Virus record (IMG/VR): IMGVR_UViG_3300009130_001466
Coordinates: 1-64,000 of that record
Strand: one strand, 5' to 3'
Length of the DNA: 64,000 nucleotides
Origin: a virus
Position 1 is the first letter of the stretch. Every line of letters starts with the position of its first letter. Under the pieces are notes generated by a model. It ran no database searches. It was not told where the DNA came from and saw only the letters and a list, made by a program, of their open reading frames with translations. A program made the position numbers and the translations under genes. This document shows positions 35,755 to 44,747 of this stretch, piece after piece.

Positions 35755-37679
35755 ACTACGTTACCTCCTAAAAATGCGTATTCTGGTGATTTGAAAATGA
35801 CTTGGGCTTGGCCATAAATACCAGCTATTTGATTTGCGGAATTAAAAGAGTTGAAGCCAGATATCCCAGCCCCAGTTGCAAAAACAACACTGTTGGATGT
35901 TTCAGCAATAAATGTTGTTGTATGTCCAGAAACTTGAGCTGGTATAGTTACTGTCATTGGGGCTGAATTTTGAAGAAGTACTGTGGCTCCTCTATGTGTA
36001 GACCCCATGGTAAAACTACCAGTCTCTGTAACAAATGAATTTTCTGATAGAGATATTTTGCCGAAGGATTTAGTGCCACTTATTGTTTGGTCTCCAGTTG
36101 TGTAGACGACATTTTCAACTGTTCCGCCGCCTCCGCCTCCGCCTTCGCCTATTAAAAGAACACCAGTTCCATTTACTGTTGGGCGACTACTAAATGATGA
36201 ATCACCAGATACCGAAAGATCTTGATTTATTGTAAAGTTGTAATTAGCATCAACGTTTCCGTTATTTCTAATACTGACTGCTTCTATTGATGCGCAATAC
36301 AGTCCAAGGTCAGAGTTTCGTGTTGAACCTTGTTCCATTCCCTTTGTACTGCCTCGCTGTCCTCTGATACCAACACTATAACCAGCTCTTAAGTGACCTG
36401 AATCTAAATATAAGTCATTTGCCCCAAATCTAAATTGTGTGTTATTATTTTTGTTTTTAATAACACCGTTTTCTTGGAGCATTAAATCACCGCTAACTTC
36501 TAACTTTTCAGTAGGTGATGATGTACCTATACCAACATTGCCATTTCCATCAAATCTAACTTTTTCAGAAACTGTACCATTATTAGTGGTAAAAAAAGAT
36601 AAGCCATAATCATTAGAGCCTTCGCCTTCATGTCTAATTATAGTTCTTTTGGATAAACTTCCATCTGTAACCATTTCAAGACCTGGGCCTGCATTATCAT
36701 TTGTCCCTATCAAAGAAACTCTTGCACCAAATTGAACACCGTTGTCATGAAGTTTTATAGATCGATCGTAAGAATATGCAGGTGTTGATCCAATTTGAAG
36801 ATTACCTCCAGACAAGATTGCACCGCCAGAAACATGAAGTGGGGCTTGTGGTGATGATGTACCTATGCCAATATTGCCAGAAGTTGTAAGATTATTAACT
36901 ACCGCATCTTCTCCAGAAACCAAAAATAATCCAGTCTCAGAGTTTTGAACATAAGAAGATAGATCGACGCCAGTGATGAAGCCGCTTGGGTTAGAAGAAA
37001 CGTAAAACGCTCCCGTTTCGGAGTCTTGAACGTAGCTAGATAGATCGACGCCAGTAATATAACCACTTGGGTTAGAGGCGGCATAAAATTGTCCAGTTTG
37101 AGACTCAGATATAAAAGAACCCGTTTCTGATTTTAACGCAAAAGATCCAGTACTATTTACTATTTCTGTTATCTCTGAATCGTTTGATGAAATTTGGCCC
37201 TGCAAATATCCGCTTACGCCAGTTACAAATTCTTCGGTTGTGTAGGCGGATAAATCTACTCCAGTTATGTAGCCGCTTGGATTTGAAGACGCATAAAATG
37301 CGCCAGTTTCAGATTTTTCTACGTAATCTGACAGGTCTACTCCAGTTATGTAGCCACTGGGGTTTGATTTTGGATAAAATGAATTAGTGGCTAATGTATT
37401 GTAATCGCCAGTTGCAGTGATTATTTTTGAATTTATCTGATTTTCAGTTAAGAAGTCAGATATTTCAGGGGGTCTAACAACGTCTCCCGTGGCATAATTA
37501 CTATAATTGCCCGTTATTGTTATTGGGTCGCCAGAGCTTACTATAACTGTAGCTGAATCGCCGCTAAAAGCTGTAACATCAATAAATTGATCACCAGATA
37601 TAGAAATTAACCCAGTTTGAGGTTGGGTTAAAATAATTGACGTAGAATCTTCTCCAGAAACTGTTGCAGATATGCTCAT
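35751..37679 (-). CDS. Tail fibre protein
   Basis: Four FYxxSNPSG(Y/F)ITGVDLS repeats; GNIGIGTSSP and GNVGIGTSSP; TGDQTISGTKSF. Confidence 0.8.
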   Translation of the reverse strand: MSISATVSGEDSTSIILTQPQTGLISISGDQFIDVTAFSGDSATVIVSSGDPITITGNYSNYATGDVVRPPEISDFLTENQINSKIITATGDYNTLATNSFYPKSNPSGYITGVDLSDYVEKSETGAFYASSNPSGYITGVDLSAYTTEEFVTGVSGYLQGQISSNDSEITEIVNSTGSFALKSETGSFISESQTGQFYAASNPSGYITGVDLSSYVQDSETGAFYVSSNPSGFITGVDLSSYVQNSETGLFLVSGEDAVVNNLTTSGNIGIGTSSPQAPLHVSGGAILSGGNLQIGSTPAYSYDRSIKLHDNGVQFGARVSLIGTNDNAGPGLEMVTDGSLSKRTIIRHEGEGSNDYGLSFFTTNNGTVSEKVRFDGNGNVGIGTSSPTEKLEVSGDLMLQENGVIKNKNNNTQFRFGANDLYLDSGHLRAGYSVGIRGQRGSTKGMEQGSTRNSDLGLYCASIEAVSIRNNGNVDANYNFTINQDLSVSGDSSFSSRPTVNGTGVLLIGEGGGGGGGTVENVVYTTGDQTISGTKSFGKISLSENSFVTETGSFTMGSTHRGATVLLQNSAPMTVTIPAQVSGHTTTFIAETSNSVVFATGAGISGFNSFNSANQIAGIYGQAQVIFKSPEYAFLGGNVV

Positions 37680-38014
37680 GCTGTTTCATTTTCGACGATA
37701 GTGACGGAGCCTTTTAACAATTTTTCTGAAGTGCCATCGTTTTTATCAATAAATAAATCGTAAGAACTTGGGGCTGTAGAAAGATTAGATGTTTGTGTTT
37801 TAGATAAAGATAATGTAGCTATACCATCTGTAGCTATACCAACAACCGTTGTCGTAAAATCTTCCTGCAAGGAATTTGAAGAATCAATTCTAATTTGAGA
37901 GTGAAGAGAAGCGTTTGAAAGATCATACGCACTTCCATCTGCATTTTTAATAGTTAGGGTAATTGAAAATGTCGCTCTTTTTTCGATTGTGATGTTATAT
38001 GTACCTGCAGCCAT
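37676..38014 (-). CDS. Fibre adaptor (LtfC/BppU-like)
   Basis: AGTYNITIEKRATF, LSLSKTQT, YDL, LLKGSVTI; GTGTAA-N8-ATG at 38023-38028. Confidence 0.7.
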   Translation of the reverse strand: MAAGTYNITIEKRATFSITLTIKNADGSAYDLSNASLHSQIRIDSSNSLQEDFTTTVVGIATDGIATLSLSKTQTSNLSTAPSSYDLFIDKNDGTSEKLLKGSVTIVENETA

Positions 38015-38032
38015 ATAGCAATTTACACTTTT

Positions 38033-38770
38033 TTATAGCAGCATTCCTTCAAAAACACAGTGGACATGCATATTATTAGATGTAGAAGATACCACTTGAA
38101 ACATTACATCGCTGCCTCCAGGGATTGGAAGCGGCATATCTAATCCAATTACGCTTGGGGAAAAATTTGATAGGGCTACAATTTCTTGTGTTCTAAAAAC
38201 TGAATCTTTTAGCCTAACGATTAACTTTATTGTTAGATTGGCGTTTGTGTTTGCTGTTTTTGCGTCGCAAGAAAGATGGTAGGAAGATAAGTTGAATTGC
38301 TTATCAATGGGGACGGTGTAAATGGCTTGCATTGTTTGGTTGTGGCCATTTTCAATAATTCCCTTTACATTGCTTGCTACATCTGGAGTCCCGTCTGTAT
38401 TCGCTCCGCCTGTATATACAAAAATATTCCCAGCTATATCATTAGTATCGTCGTTAAAGACCCTGTTAATTCTTGACCATTTTCCGTCTAAAGTTATGCG
38501 GGTTTGACCCTGCATAACCACGGTCTCCTCCTTTTCTTTAAAATCTTCATCTAGTCCTTGAATTTTGATTGGGATAGTATCTAGTGCATTATTGCTAGAA
38601 ATATACATTGTTTCTCCAAGATTATTGGGAAAAACATAATCCCCAGAAACATCTGCATAACTCCAGATAGCTTCGTTTGAAGTGTTAGAATCTACATCAT
38701 CATGCGTACCAAATTTTCTAACAAATTTGCCAGTTTTTCTTTGTATATCTGCTAGGTGAAATGAAGACAT
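38033..38770 (-). CDS. Putative virion structural protein
   Basis: 245 aa beta-rich; VRKFG...IQGLD...QTMQAIYTVP; GTGTAA-N8-ATG at 38779-38784. Confidence 0.6.
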   Translation of the reverse strand: MSSFHLADIQRKTGKFVRKFGTHDDVDSNTSNEAIWSYADVSGDYVFPNNLGETMYISSNNALDTIPIKIQGLDEDFKEKEETVVMQGQTRITLDGKWSRINRVFNDDTNDIAGNIFVYTGGANTDGTPDVASNVKGIIENGHNQTMQAIYTVPIDKQFNLSSYHLSCDAKTANTNANLTIKLIVRLKDSVFRTQEIVALSNFSPSVIGLDMPLPIPGGSDVMFQVVSSTSNNMHVHCVFEGMLL

Positions 38771-38784
38771 GTATTACTTTACAC

Positions 38785-40428
38785 TTAACCAGAGCAGGAT
38801 TGGCATTCTAATATATTTCTGCTTAATTCTTGGGCTGGATTTGCGCTTCTTTGATAATAAAGTGTTTTAACTCCAAGTTCCCAGGCTTCGATTAGTAATT
38901 CACTAACCTGTTTAGGTTTTACTTCTGGTGGAATCATTACATTTAATGATTGAGCTTGGTCAATGTATTTTTGGCGACTGGCTGCTTGAATAATAATATC
39001 TTTTTGAGATATTTCTCCGAATGTTTTAAATACAGCTTTTTCTTCGTTAGTTAAAAATTCTAAATGTTGTACTGATCCACCTTTAATCAAGATTGATTTC
39101 CAAATGGCGCTTGTATTTTTTTTATGTTTTTCTAATAACTGAGTTAAGTAAGGATTTTTGTAAGTAAAATTCCCTTTTGCGAGTTTTTTTACAAAATAAT
39201 TACTATTAAGAGGCTCAATAGAAGGAGAAACTTGACCTAAAATAAATGAAGATGAAGTTGTTGGAGCGACCGCAAGTGTTGTAACATTACGGCGGCCATA
39301 ACCTTTTAAGAGTTCTGGTTCACCCAGTAGCTCGGCCAATTGTTGTGTAGCTGAGTCTGCTCTTTCTCGAATAATTGACCAAATCTTATTGTTTTCTATT
39401 TGGGCCTGCAAACCCTCAAAGCCGATGTTTTTAGATTGTAGGTATGAGTGCCAGCCAAGCGCGCCCATTCCAAGGGCTCTTTGGTTTTTTGCAAACTTAT
39501 GAGGAGCTTCCATAAATTTGATGTTTTTTGTTTTTTGAACAAATTCTTCATTAACTGCATCAAGAAAATAAACTAATGTTTGAACTGCGTCAGTTTTTTC
39601 TATTTTGTCCCATTCTACTAAATTCAAAGACGACAAGACACAAACAAAAGATTCTTCCTCATTTGATTGTAGAGTAATTTCACTGCAAAGATTTGAAGAA
39701 TTTATTTTGTAATTTTTATCCTTATAAACTTGTGGTGCTTCGTTGTTTACGGTATCGCTGTACATAATATATGGATACCCAGTTTCAAAACGTTTTTTAA
39801 TTATTTTGCCCCAAATTTTACGTTTTTCTTTGTCTCCTTCAATTAACGATTTCATCCATTCATCGGTAATTGTTATACCAATACTCATATTTTGAATAGG
39901 GTGACCGTCCTCGCGAATCTGAAGAAATTCTTCAATGTCTGAATGCTCAACTGGTAAGTAGGCCGCAAAGCTCCCGCGACGAGCAGATCCTTGAGAAACT
40001 ACGTCAGCGACCTTGTCATAAAGTTCCATAAAGTGAACGGGGCCAGAAGACTGGCCACCAACACTAATATCAGCTCCTCTCGATCGAAGATCTCCAAAAA
40101 ACCCAGATGTTCCTCCTCCCATTTTAGACATGATTCCAACCTCTGCATTTTTTTCAAGGATTGACTCCATTGTGTCAGATACATGGGAATTAAAACAGCT
40201 AACTGGTAGGCCACGACTGTTTCCAAAATTAGTCCACACTGGAGTAGAAAGCGAATAAAAACCTTCGCTCATATATTTTTGGAATTTTTCAGAAAAGCCC
40301 TTAATGCCTAATATTTTTTCTGCATTATTGGCGATTTCAGCGATTCTATCTTCCGCATTTTGACCTTCTTTTAAGTAGCCTCTTGACAAAAAGAGGCGAG
40401 AATCTTCGTTTAACCATTTATAACTCAT
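38785..40428 (-). CDS. nrdA: Ribonucleotide reductase class I alpha subunit, no ATP cone
   Basis: LPVSCF, GGGTS, SNLCSE, APTTSSS, KTLYY, C-terminal CQSC. Confidence 0.95.
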   Translation of the reverse strand: MSYKWLNEDSRLFLSRGYLKEGQNAEDRIAEIANNAEKILGIKGFSEKFQKYMSEGFYSLSTPVWTNFGNSRGLPVSCFNSHVSDTMESILEKNAEVGIMSKMGGGTSGFFGDLRSRGADISVGGQSSGPVHFMELYDKVADVVSQGSARRGSFAAYLPVEHSDIEEFLQIREDGHPIQNMSIGITITDEWMKSLIEGDKEKRKIWGKIIKKRFETGYPYIMYSDTVNNEAPQVYKDKNYKINSSNLCSEITLQSNEEESFVCVLSSLNLVEWDKIEKTDAVQTLVYFLDAVNEEFVQKTKNIKFMEAPHKFAKNQRALGMGALGWHSYLQSKNIGFEGLQAQIENNKIWSIIRERADSATQQLAELLGEPELLKGYGRRNVTTLAVAPTTSSSFILGQVSPSIEPLNSNYFVKKLAKGNFTYKNPYLTQLLEKHKKNTSAIWKSILIKGGSVQHLEFLTNEEKAVFKTFGEISQKDIIIQAASRQKYIDQAQSLNVMIPPEVKPKQVSELLIEAWELGVKTLYYQRSANPAQELSRNILECQSCSG

Positions 40429-40456
40429 TTTTATTTATAATCTTTGTGGATTTACC

Positions 40457-40484
40457 ATACTAACAGGCACGGTTTAAATTGCAA
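40457..40484 (-). promoter_or_regulatory. sigma70-type promoter of nrdA
   Basis: TTGCAA-N16-TAGTAT. Confidence 0.6.
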
Positions 40485-40507
40485 TCTTTTTTACAAAATG
40501 TTTGTAA

Positions 40508-41476
40508 TTAAAACAGATCGTCTTCATCGAAAGACTTGTTTGCTTTACTGTACTCTGTTGGGCGGGAATGAAAAAAGTCAGTAGACGAATTTCCTAATAC
40601 CTCCTCATCAAACCAAAGGGTTTTTTCCACCATTGCTTCTTCTACTTCAAAGATTTTCTTATACCCTATTTGTTGTAGGGATTCATTTATTCGGTTTTTT
40701 ACAAATTCTTTTAAAAGGGGAGCGTTAAGGTTTTCGTCTTCGATTCCATTGATCATCCAATCAATAATTTGGGATTCTGATTTAAAAGCCTCTTCAGCTT
40801 CATGTAATATTTTTTCCTCTAAATCTTTATCGAAAAGATCTGGGTATTCCTGACGTAAAACGTTAACGAGTTTAATGCCTACTTTTGCATGAATATCTTC
40901 TTCTTTTGCGGTGTAAGCGGTTTGTTGATTTGTGTCTTTCAATAAGTTCTTCTTGCCAAACCAGTTAACTACATAAAATTGAGAAAATAGAGATACGTTT
41001 TCTACAAAAAGAGTAAACAAAATCAAAGCGTAGATGAATTGTTTTTTGCTGTCTTTATAGTATCTATGTGTGTATTTTCTTAGATAGTTTACCCGACCTT
41101 CAATCCAATCAAGTTTTAAATTGTCTTCAAATACGTGCTGTAAACCAAGCACATCAATTAGTCGTTCGTAGGCTTTATTGTGAATAACTTCGATATTGGC
41201 CATAACATACCCCATGTCTCGAATAGATGGGTGCGGAAGGTTGTCTCCTAGTTTTGCCCAAAAAGTTTTAACAGCAATTTCAATCTGACCAATAGCAGAA
41301 AGTGTTCTAATAATGATCTCTCTTTCTTGCTCTGATAAGTTTACCTTATAGTCTTGGATGTCAGAGGAAAAATTGAACTCTTTATCTGTCCAATGCCCCT
41401 CCCACATAGCTCTAGCAAAAGTATCCGCCCACGGATACAGATCAGGTTTTCTTGAAATTTGTTCTTCGAATAACAT
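40508..41476 (-). CDS. nrdB: Ribonucleotide reductase beta subunit, class Id-like
   Basis: QIEIAVKTFW, EVIHNKAY, ENVSLFSQF, EEDIH, DFF..RPTEY; start MLFEEQ at 41476. Confidence 0.93.
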   Translation of the reverse strand: MLFEEQISRKPDLYPWADTFARAMWEGHWTDKEFNFSSDIQDYKVNLSEQEREIIIRTLSAIGQIEIAVKTFWAKLGDNLPHPSIRDMGYVMANIEVIHNKAYERLIDVLGLQHVFEDNLKLDWIEGRVNYLRKYTHRYYKDSKKQFIYALILFTLFVENVSLFSQFYVVNWFGKKNLLKDTNQQTAYTAKEEDIHAKVGIKLVNVLRQEYPDLFDKDLEEKILHEAEEAFKSESQIIDWMINGIEDENLNAPLLKEFVKNRINESLQQIGYKKIFEVEEAMVEKTLWFDEEVLGNSSTDFFHSRPTEYSKANKSFDEDDLF

Positions 41477-41483
41477 ACTCACC

Positions 41484-41511
41484 AATTTACACCAACCCAA
41501 ACTAAAGTCAA
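41484..41511 (-). promoter_or_regulatory. sigma70-type promoter of nrdB whose -10 coincides with the GTGTAA motif
   Basis: TTGACT-N16 (ending GTG)-TAAATT-N7-ATG. Confidence 0.7.
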
Positions 41512-41548
41512 CTATTTTTAACTAAATCGAAAAAAAAGATTTTTGCAC

Positions 41549-41733
41549 TTGACTTTTTGTGTATTCGATGTAAAATAGAGTATGATTACGAATGAGCGGA
41601 CGAAGGACGCGAATGAGTAATTATATAATAAATATATTAAATATTTATAAGATACTTAATAAATATATATAAGAAATAAGACAAAATTTTTTTGTCTTGA
41701 CTTTTATTCATTTTTGAACAATAATGTTTGTAA
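41549..41733 (+). other. Divergent control region / candidate replication origin
   Basis: TTGACT-N16-TAAAAT promoter, CGAATGAG direct repeats 21 bp apart, about 60 bp of near-pure AT, AAGACAAAA-TTT-TTTTGTCTT palindrome over a second TTGACT. Confidence 0.45.
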
Positions 41734-42021
41734 ATGATTAAATTAGACACTTCCAAAGAGAGTTTTTATTTTTGCACAACAGCTGGTTGGTCAACTATTG
41801 TTCAGGCTGAAGACGAAAATAAAGCGGCAGGTAAAGCCATTTCCGAAGGAATTAACTTGCTTAAAGAAGAAGCAGAAGTTTCTCCATGTATTAGGGTTAA
41901 AAAAATTAAAGAAAAATTTGAAGATTCAGATGTTCTGATTAGAATAGATGGTGTATTCGCGGACATTGGGATGCATAAAGAATCTCGGTCAATGGTAGAA
42001 ATAATTAAAAATTTAAGATAA
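41734..42021 (+). CDS. Hypothetical protein
   Basis: 95 aa; first gene of the rightward operon. Confidence 0.7.
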   Translation: MIKLDTSKESFYFCTTAGWSTIVQAEDENKAAGKAISEGINLLKEEAEVSPCIRVKKIKEKFEDSDVLIRIDGVFADIGMHKESRSMVEIIKNLR

Positions 42022-42608
42022 TGATAGGAATAGCAGGATTAGCCAGATCAGGTAAAGATACATTAGCGAAAAATCTATCCGAGATTATAAAAGAAGATCT
42101 TGGTATTGAGGTTAAGTTATATTCTTTTGCTTTGCCTATAAGATGTCAGGTGGGTAATTTGCTAGAAGATTATTACCATATATCACCATTCACAGAAGAT
42201 AGTGACGAAAAGCTTATAATTAGGCCACTATTAGTTGCTCACGGAGAGCAAATGAAGAAACAATGGGGTGAAGATTTTTGGCTAAAAGAACTGATGACTC
42301 AGATCGAAGAGGATAGATGTGGGGATAAAAAAATATTTCCCATCATTTCTGATGTTAGATTTGTTCCTGAAGCGGAAACAGTGAAAGCTAAAAATGGTCA
42401 AGTCGTCCATATATCCAAAATAGGAAACGCGCCTCCAAATGAAATTGAAGCAGAAAATGACCCATTGGTTCGCCAATGCTCTGACTTACAACACTCTTGG
42501 CCAGCTTACGACTTAGAAGAAATTCATCAATGCAAATATCACGCACAAATCTTGTGGCAAATGCTAAAACAAACCCAAGGAGATGAATGGAAGAAGATTT
42601 ACTGTTAA
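42021..42608 (+). CDS. Deoxynucleoside monophosphate kinase
   Basis: GIAGLARSGKDT, SFA.PI, IRPLLVAHG, IISDVRF..E. Confidence 0.88.
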   Translation: MIGIAGLARSGKDTLAKNLSEIIKEDLGIEVKLYSFALPIRCQVGNLLEDYYHISPFTEDSDEKLIIRPLLVAHGEQMKKQWGEDFWLKELMTQIEEDRCGDKKIFPIISDVRFVPEAETVKAKNGQVVHISKIGNAPPNEIEAENDPLVRQCSDLQHSWPAYDLEEIHQCKYHAQILWQMLKQTQGDEWKKIYC

Positions 42609-43144
42609 TTAATAAAGTAAAAGAAAGCCAAGATGTAGAGAGCCTAAAAGAATTAATTAATAGGCATTCTGGAATTTACGTCGAAATGGTCAACAAGTAT
42701 TTACCAAATTCCTTTGAGGGGATAAATAAAGATGATGTTATGGATGATAAAGATTTTTCCATTTATGATGCCGCAATAAAATTTGACAAGAATAAAAATA
42801 CAAAGTTTAGTACGTATGTAGGAAATCTAACACGTTGGAAATGTTTGAATATTTATAACAAAAATATAAAATACCCCAAAATCTGCATAAACGATAATTT
42901 AGAAAAAAATGTATCCTGTGGGTCGGGCGTTAAATCAATTGAGGAGCAAGAAGATATAAAAAGAATTTTTTCGATTATACAAAATCATTCAGACAAAAGA
43001 GTTCGTACTATTTTTAAAATGCGCTACAAAAACGGGAAAAAGTTAACTCCTTGGAAAAAGATTGCGAAAAAGCTGAATCTATCAATTCAAGGATGCATTA
43101 ATATTCACAATAAATATTTAACAGAAATCAAGAGGTATGTCTAG
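42587..43144 (+). CDS. Phage RNA polymerase sigma factor (regions 2 and 4)
   Basis: LKELINRHSG, AAIKFDKNKNTKFSTYV, IFKMRY...PWKKIAKKLNLSIQG helix-turn-helix. Confidence 0.85.
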   Translation: MEEDLLLINKVKESQDVESLKELINRHSGIYVEMVNKYLPNSFEGINKDDVMDDKDFSIYDAAIKFDKNKNTKFSTYVGNLTRWKCLNIYNKNIKYPKICINDNLEKNVSCGSGVKSIEEQEDIKRIFSIIQNHSDKRVRTIFKMRYKNGKKLTPWKKIAKKLNLSIQGCINIHNKYLTEIKRYV

Positions 43145-43227
43145 GTAATCTAAAAAAAATCGAATAAAACACTTGACAAATAAATACAAGGATGTATAAA
43201 TATTCACAATAAACATTTAACAGAAAT
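43088..43227 (+). repeat. 41-bp imperfect direct repeat (43088-43128 and 43187-43227)
   Basis: 38 of 41 identical, 99 bp apart; duplicates the 3' end of the sigma gene. Confidence 0.9.
43173..43200 (+). promoter_or_regulatory. sigma70-type promoter of ssb
   Basis: TTGACA-N16-TATAAA(T). Confidence 0.6.
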
Positions 43228-43234
43228 AAAAAAT

Positions 43235-43624
43235 ATGTATAGCAAAACAGTACTAGTAGGAAATCTCGCAAGAGATCCAGAGTCACGCCAAGCAGGGGAA
43301 ACAAACGTTACCCGTCTTGTTGTAGCAGTTAACGATGCCTATTCTAAGGATAAGGTATCTTATGTAGACGTAGAAGCTTGGGGTAAGCTTGGCGAAATTT
43401 GCCAAAAGTATCTAAGCAAGGGCCGCCAGGCATTGGTTGATGGCCGTTTGGTTCAAGACACCTGGGAAAAGGATGGAAAGAAGAACTCTAAGCTTTACGT
43501 AAAAGCTGACAATGTCCAATTTCTTGGCAGCAAAGACAAAAATAGTTCACCTGATTCAGCATCCGCTCCAGCTGGCAATACAGCCCCCTCATCAACTGGA
43601 TCAGACGAAGACATTCCCTTCTAA
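43235..43624 (+). CDS. ssb: Single-stranded DNA-binding protein
   Basis: LVGNLARDPE, VEAWGKLGE, KGRQALVDGRL, acidic tail DEDIPF. Confidence 0.95.
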   Translation: MYSKTVLVGNLARDPESRQAGETNVTRLVVAVNDAYSKDKVSYVDVEAWGKLGEICQKYLSKGRQALVDGRLVQDTWEKDGKKNSKLYVKADNVQFLGSKDKNSSPDSASAPAGNTAPSSTGSDEDIPF

Positions 43625-44715
43625 TGCAATTAATCGTAGAAGCTCCTATTAATTCACTGAGTTTCGGAAACGTAACTTACAACCTCTTGCGTCAATTTTG
43701 GCGCAAGGGCGTTGATGTTATTTGGTATCCACTATCAGGTAACGCAAGCTTTGAATCTTTTGGCGATAAATTAGATAAAGATTTTGGCAAGTGGTTGCAA
43801 GATTCAGCCGCTAACGCAAATAAGAAAATTAATCAAGACATCCCTTCTTTTAAACTTTGGCACCTAAACGGTTCTCAATCTAGGATTGGTAGCAAGCAGT
43901 TTTTGTATTCATTTTACGAACTCGACAAACCTACAGAAGAGGAGATTAATTTGGCAAAGTTCCAAAACAAGGTTTGGTTTTCAAGTAATCATGCCGCAAA
44001 CCTTTTTAAGCAAGAGGGTGTGGACGCTGGCGTTATTCCTGTTGGTTTTGATGAAGATTTTCACAAAACAAATAAGCAGTATTTAAACCCAGATGTGGTT
44101 CATTTTGGACTAATGGGTAAATTTGAAAAACGAAAGCACACAGAAAAGATTATTAAGCTTTGGCTTTCTAAATATGGAAACAATAATAAATATCAACTAA
44201 GCGTTCTTGTTACAAACCCATTCTTTAAAGAAGAAGAAAACAAAAATCTTCTTGCAAACTGTCTGGAAGGTAAACGGTATACAAATATTAACTTTTTACC
44301 CTATTTAAAAACAAATACAGAAGTTAATGATTTCCTAAATGCAATTGACATCGACCTCACTGGTCTAAGCGGTGCAGAAGGTTGGAATTTGCCAGCCTTT
44401 AATGCGAGTTGTCTTGGAAAGTGGTCTATTGTTCTGAATGCTACATCCCATAAAGATTGGGCAACAAGTGCCAACTCTATTTTAGTTGAACCAAATGGGA
44501 TCGAACCCTGCTATGATGACAAATTTTTTCAAGAAGGGTCTGCCTTCAATCAGGGCAACATCTTTACTTGGGATAGTGACGTAGTGTCGCAGGCGATGGA
44601 TAATGCTGTCTCTAAAAAGGGACAAATTAACACAGAAGGAGAGAAGCTAAAACAAGAATTTTCTTATAGTCGTTCTGCAGACCGCTTACTTAAAGGGATT
44701 AAGGAATCTGTATAA
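43624..44715 (+). CDS. GT4-like glycosyltransferase
   Basis: SFGNV, MGKFEKRKHT, GLSGAEGWNLPAFNA. Confidence 0.85.
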   Translation: MQLIVEAPINSLSFGNVTYNLLRQFWRKGVDVIWYPLSGNASFESFGDKLDKDFGKWLQDSAANANKKINQDIPSFKLWHLNGSQSRIGSKQFLYSFYELDKPTEEEINLAKFQNKVWFSSNHAANLFKQEGVDAGVIPVGFDEDFHKTNKQYLNPDVVHFGLMGKFEKRKHTEKIIKLWLSKYGNNNKYQLSVLVTNPFFKEEENKNLLANCLEGKRYTNINFLPYLKTNTEVNDFLNAIDIDLTGLSGAEGWNLPAFNASCLGKWSIVLNATSHKDWATSANSILVEPNGIEPCYDDKFFQEGSAFNQGNIFTWDSDVVSQAMDNAVSKKGQINTEGEKLKQEFSYSRSADRLLKGIKESV

Positions 44716-44718
44716 AAT

Positions 44719-44734
44719 TGGCACAGGCATTGCA
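44719..44734 (+). promoter_or_regulatory. sigma54 (RpoN) -24/-12 promoter
   Basis: TGGCAC-AGGCA-TTGCA, an exact match to TGGCAC-N5-TTGCA, ending 13 nt before the hsp20 ATG. Confidence 0.8.
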
Positions 44735-44747
44735 AAGATAAAAGCCT

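Noticed and set aside
17944-41476. Inteins or introns in DnaE, DnaB, RecA or RNR
   Set aside because: Protein lengths are normal or short, and no intein terminal or LAGLIDADG motifs are visible
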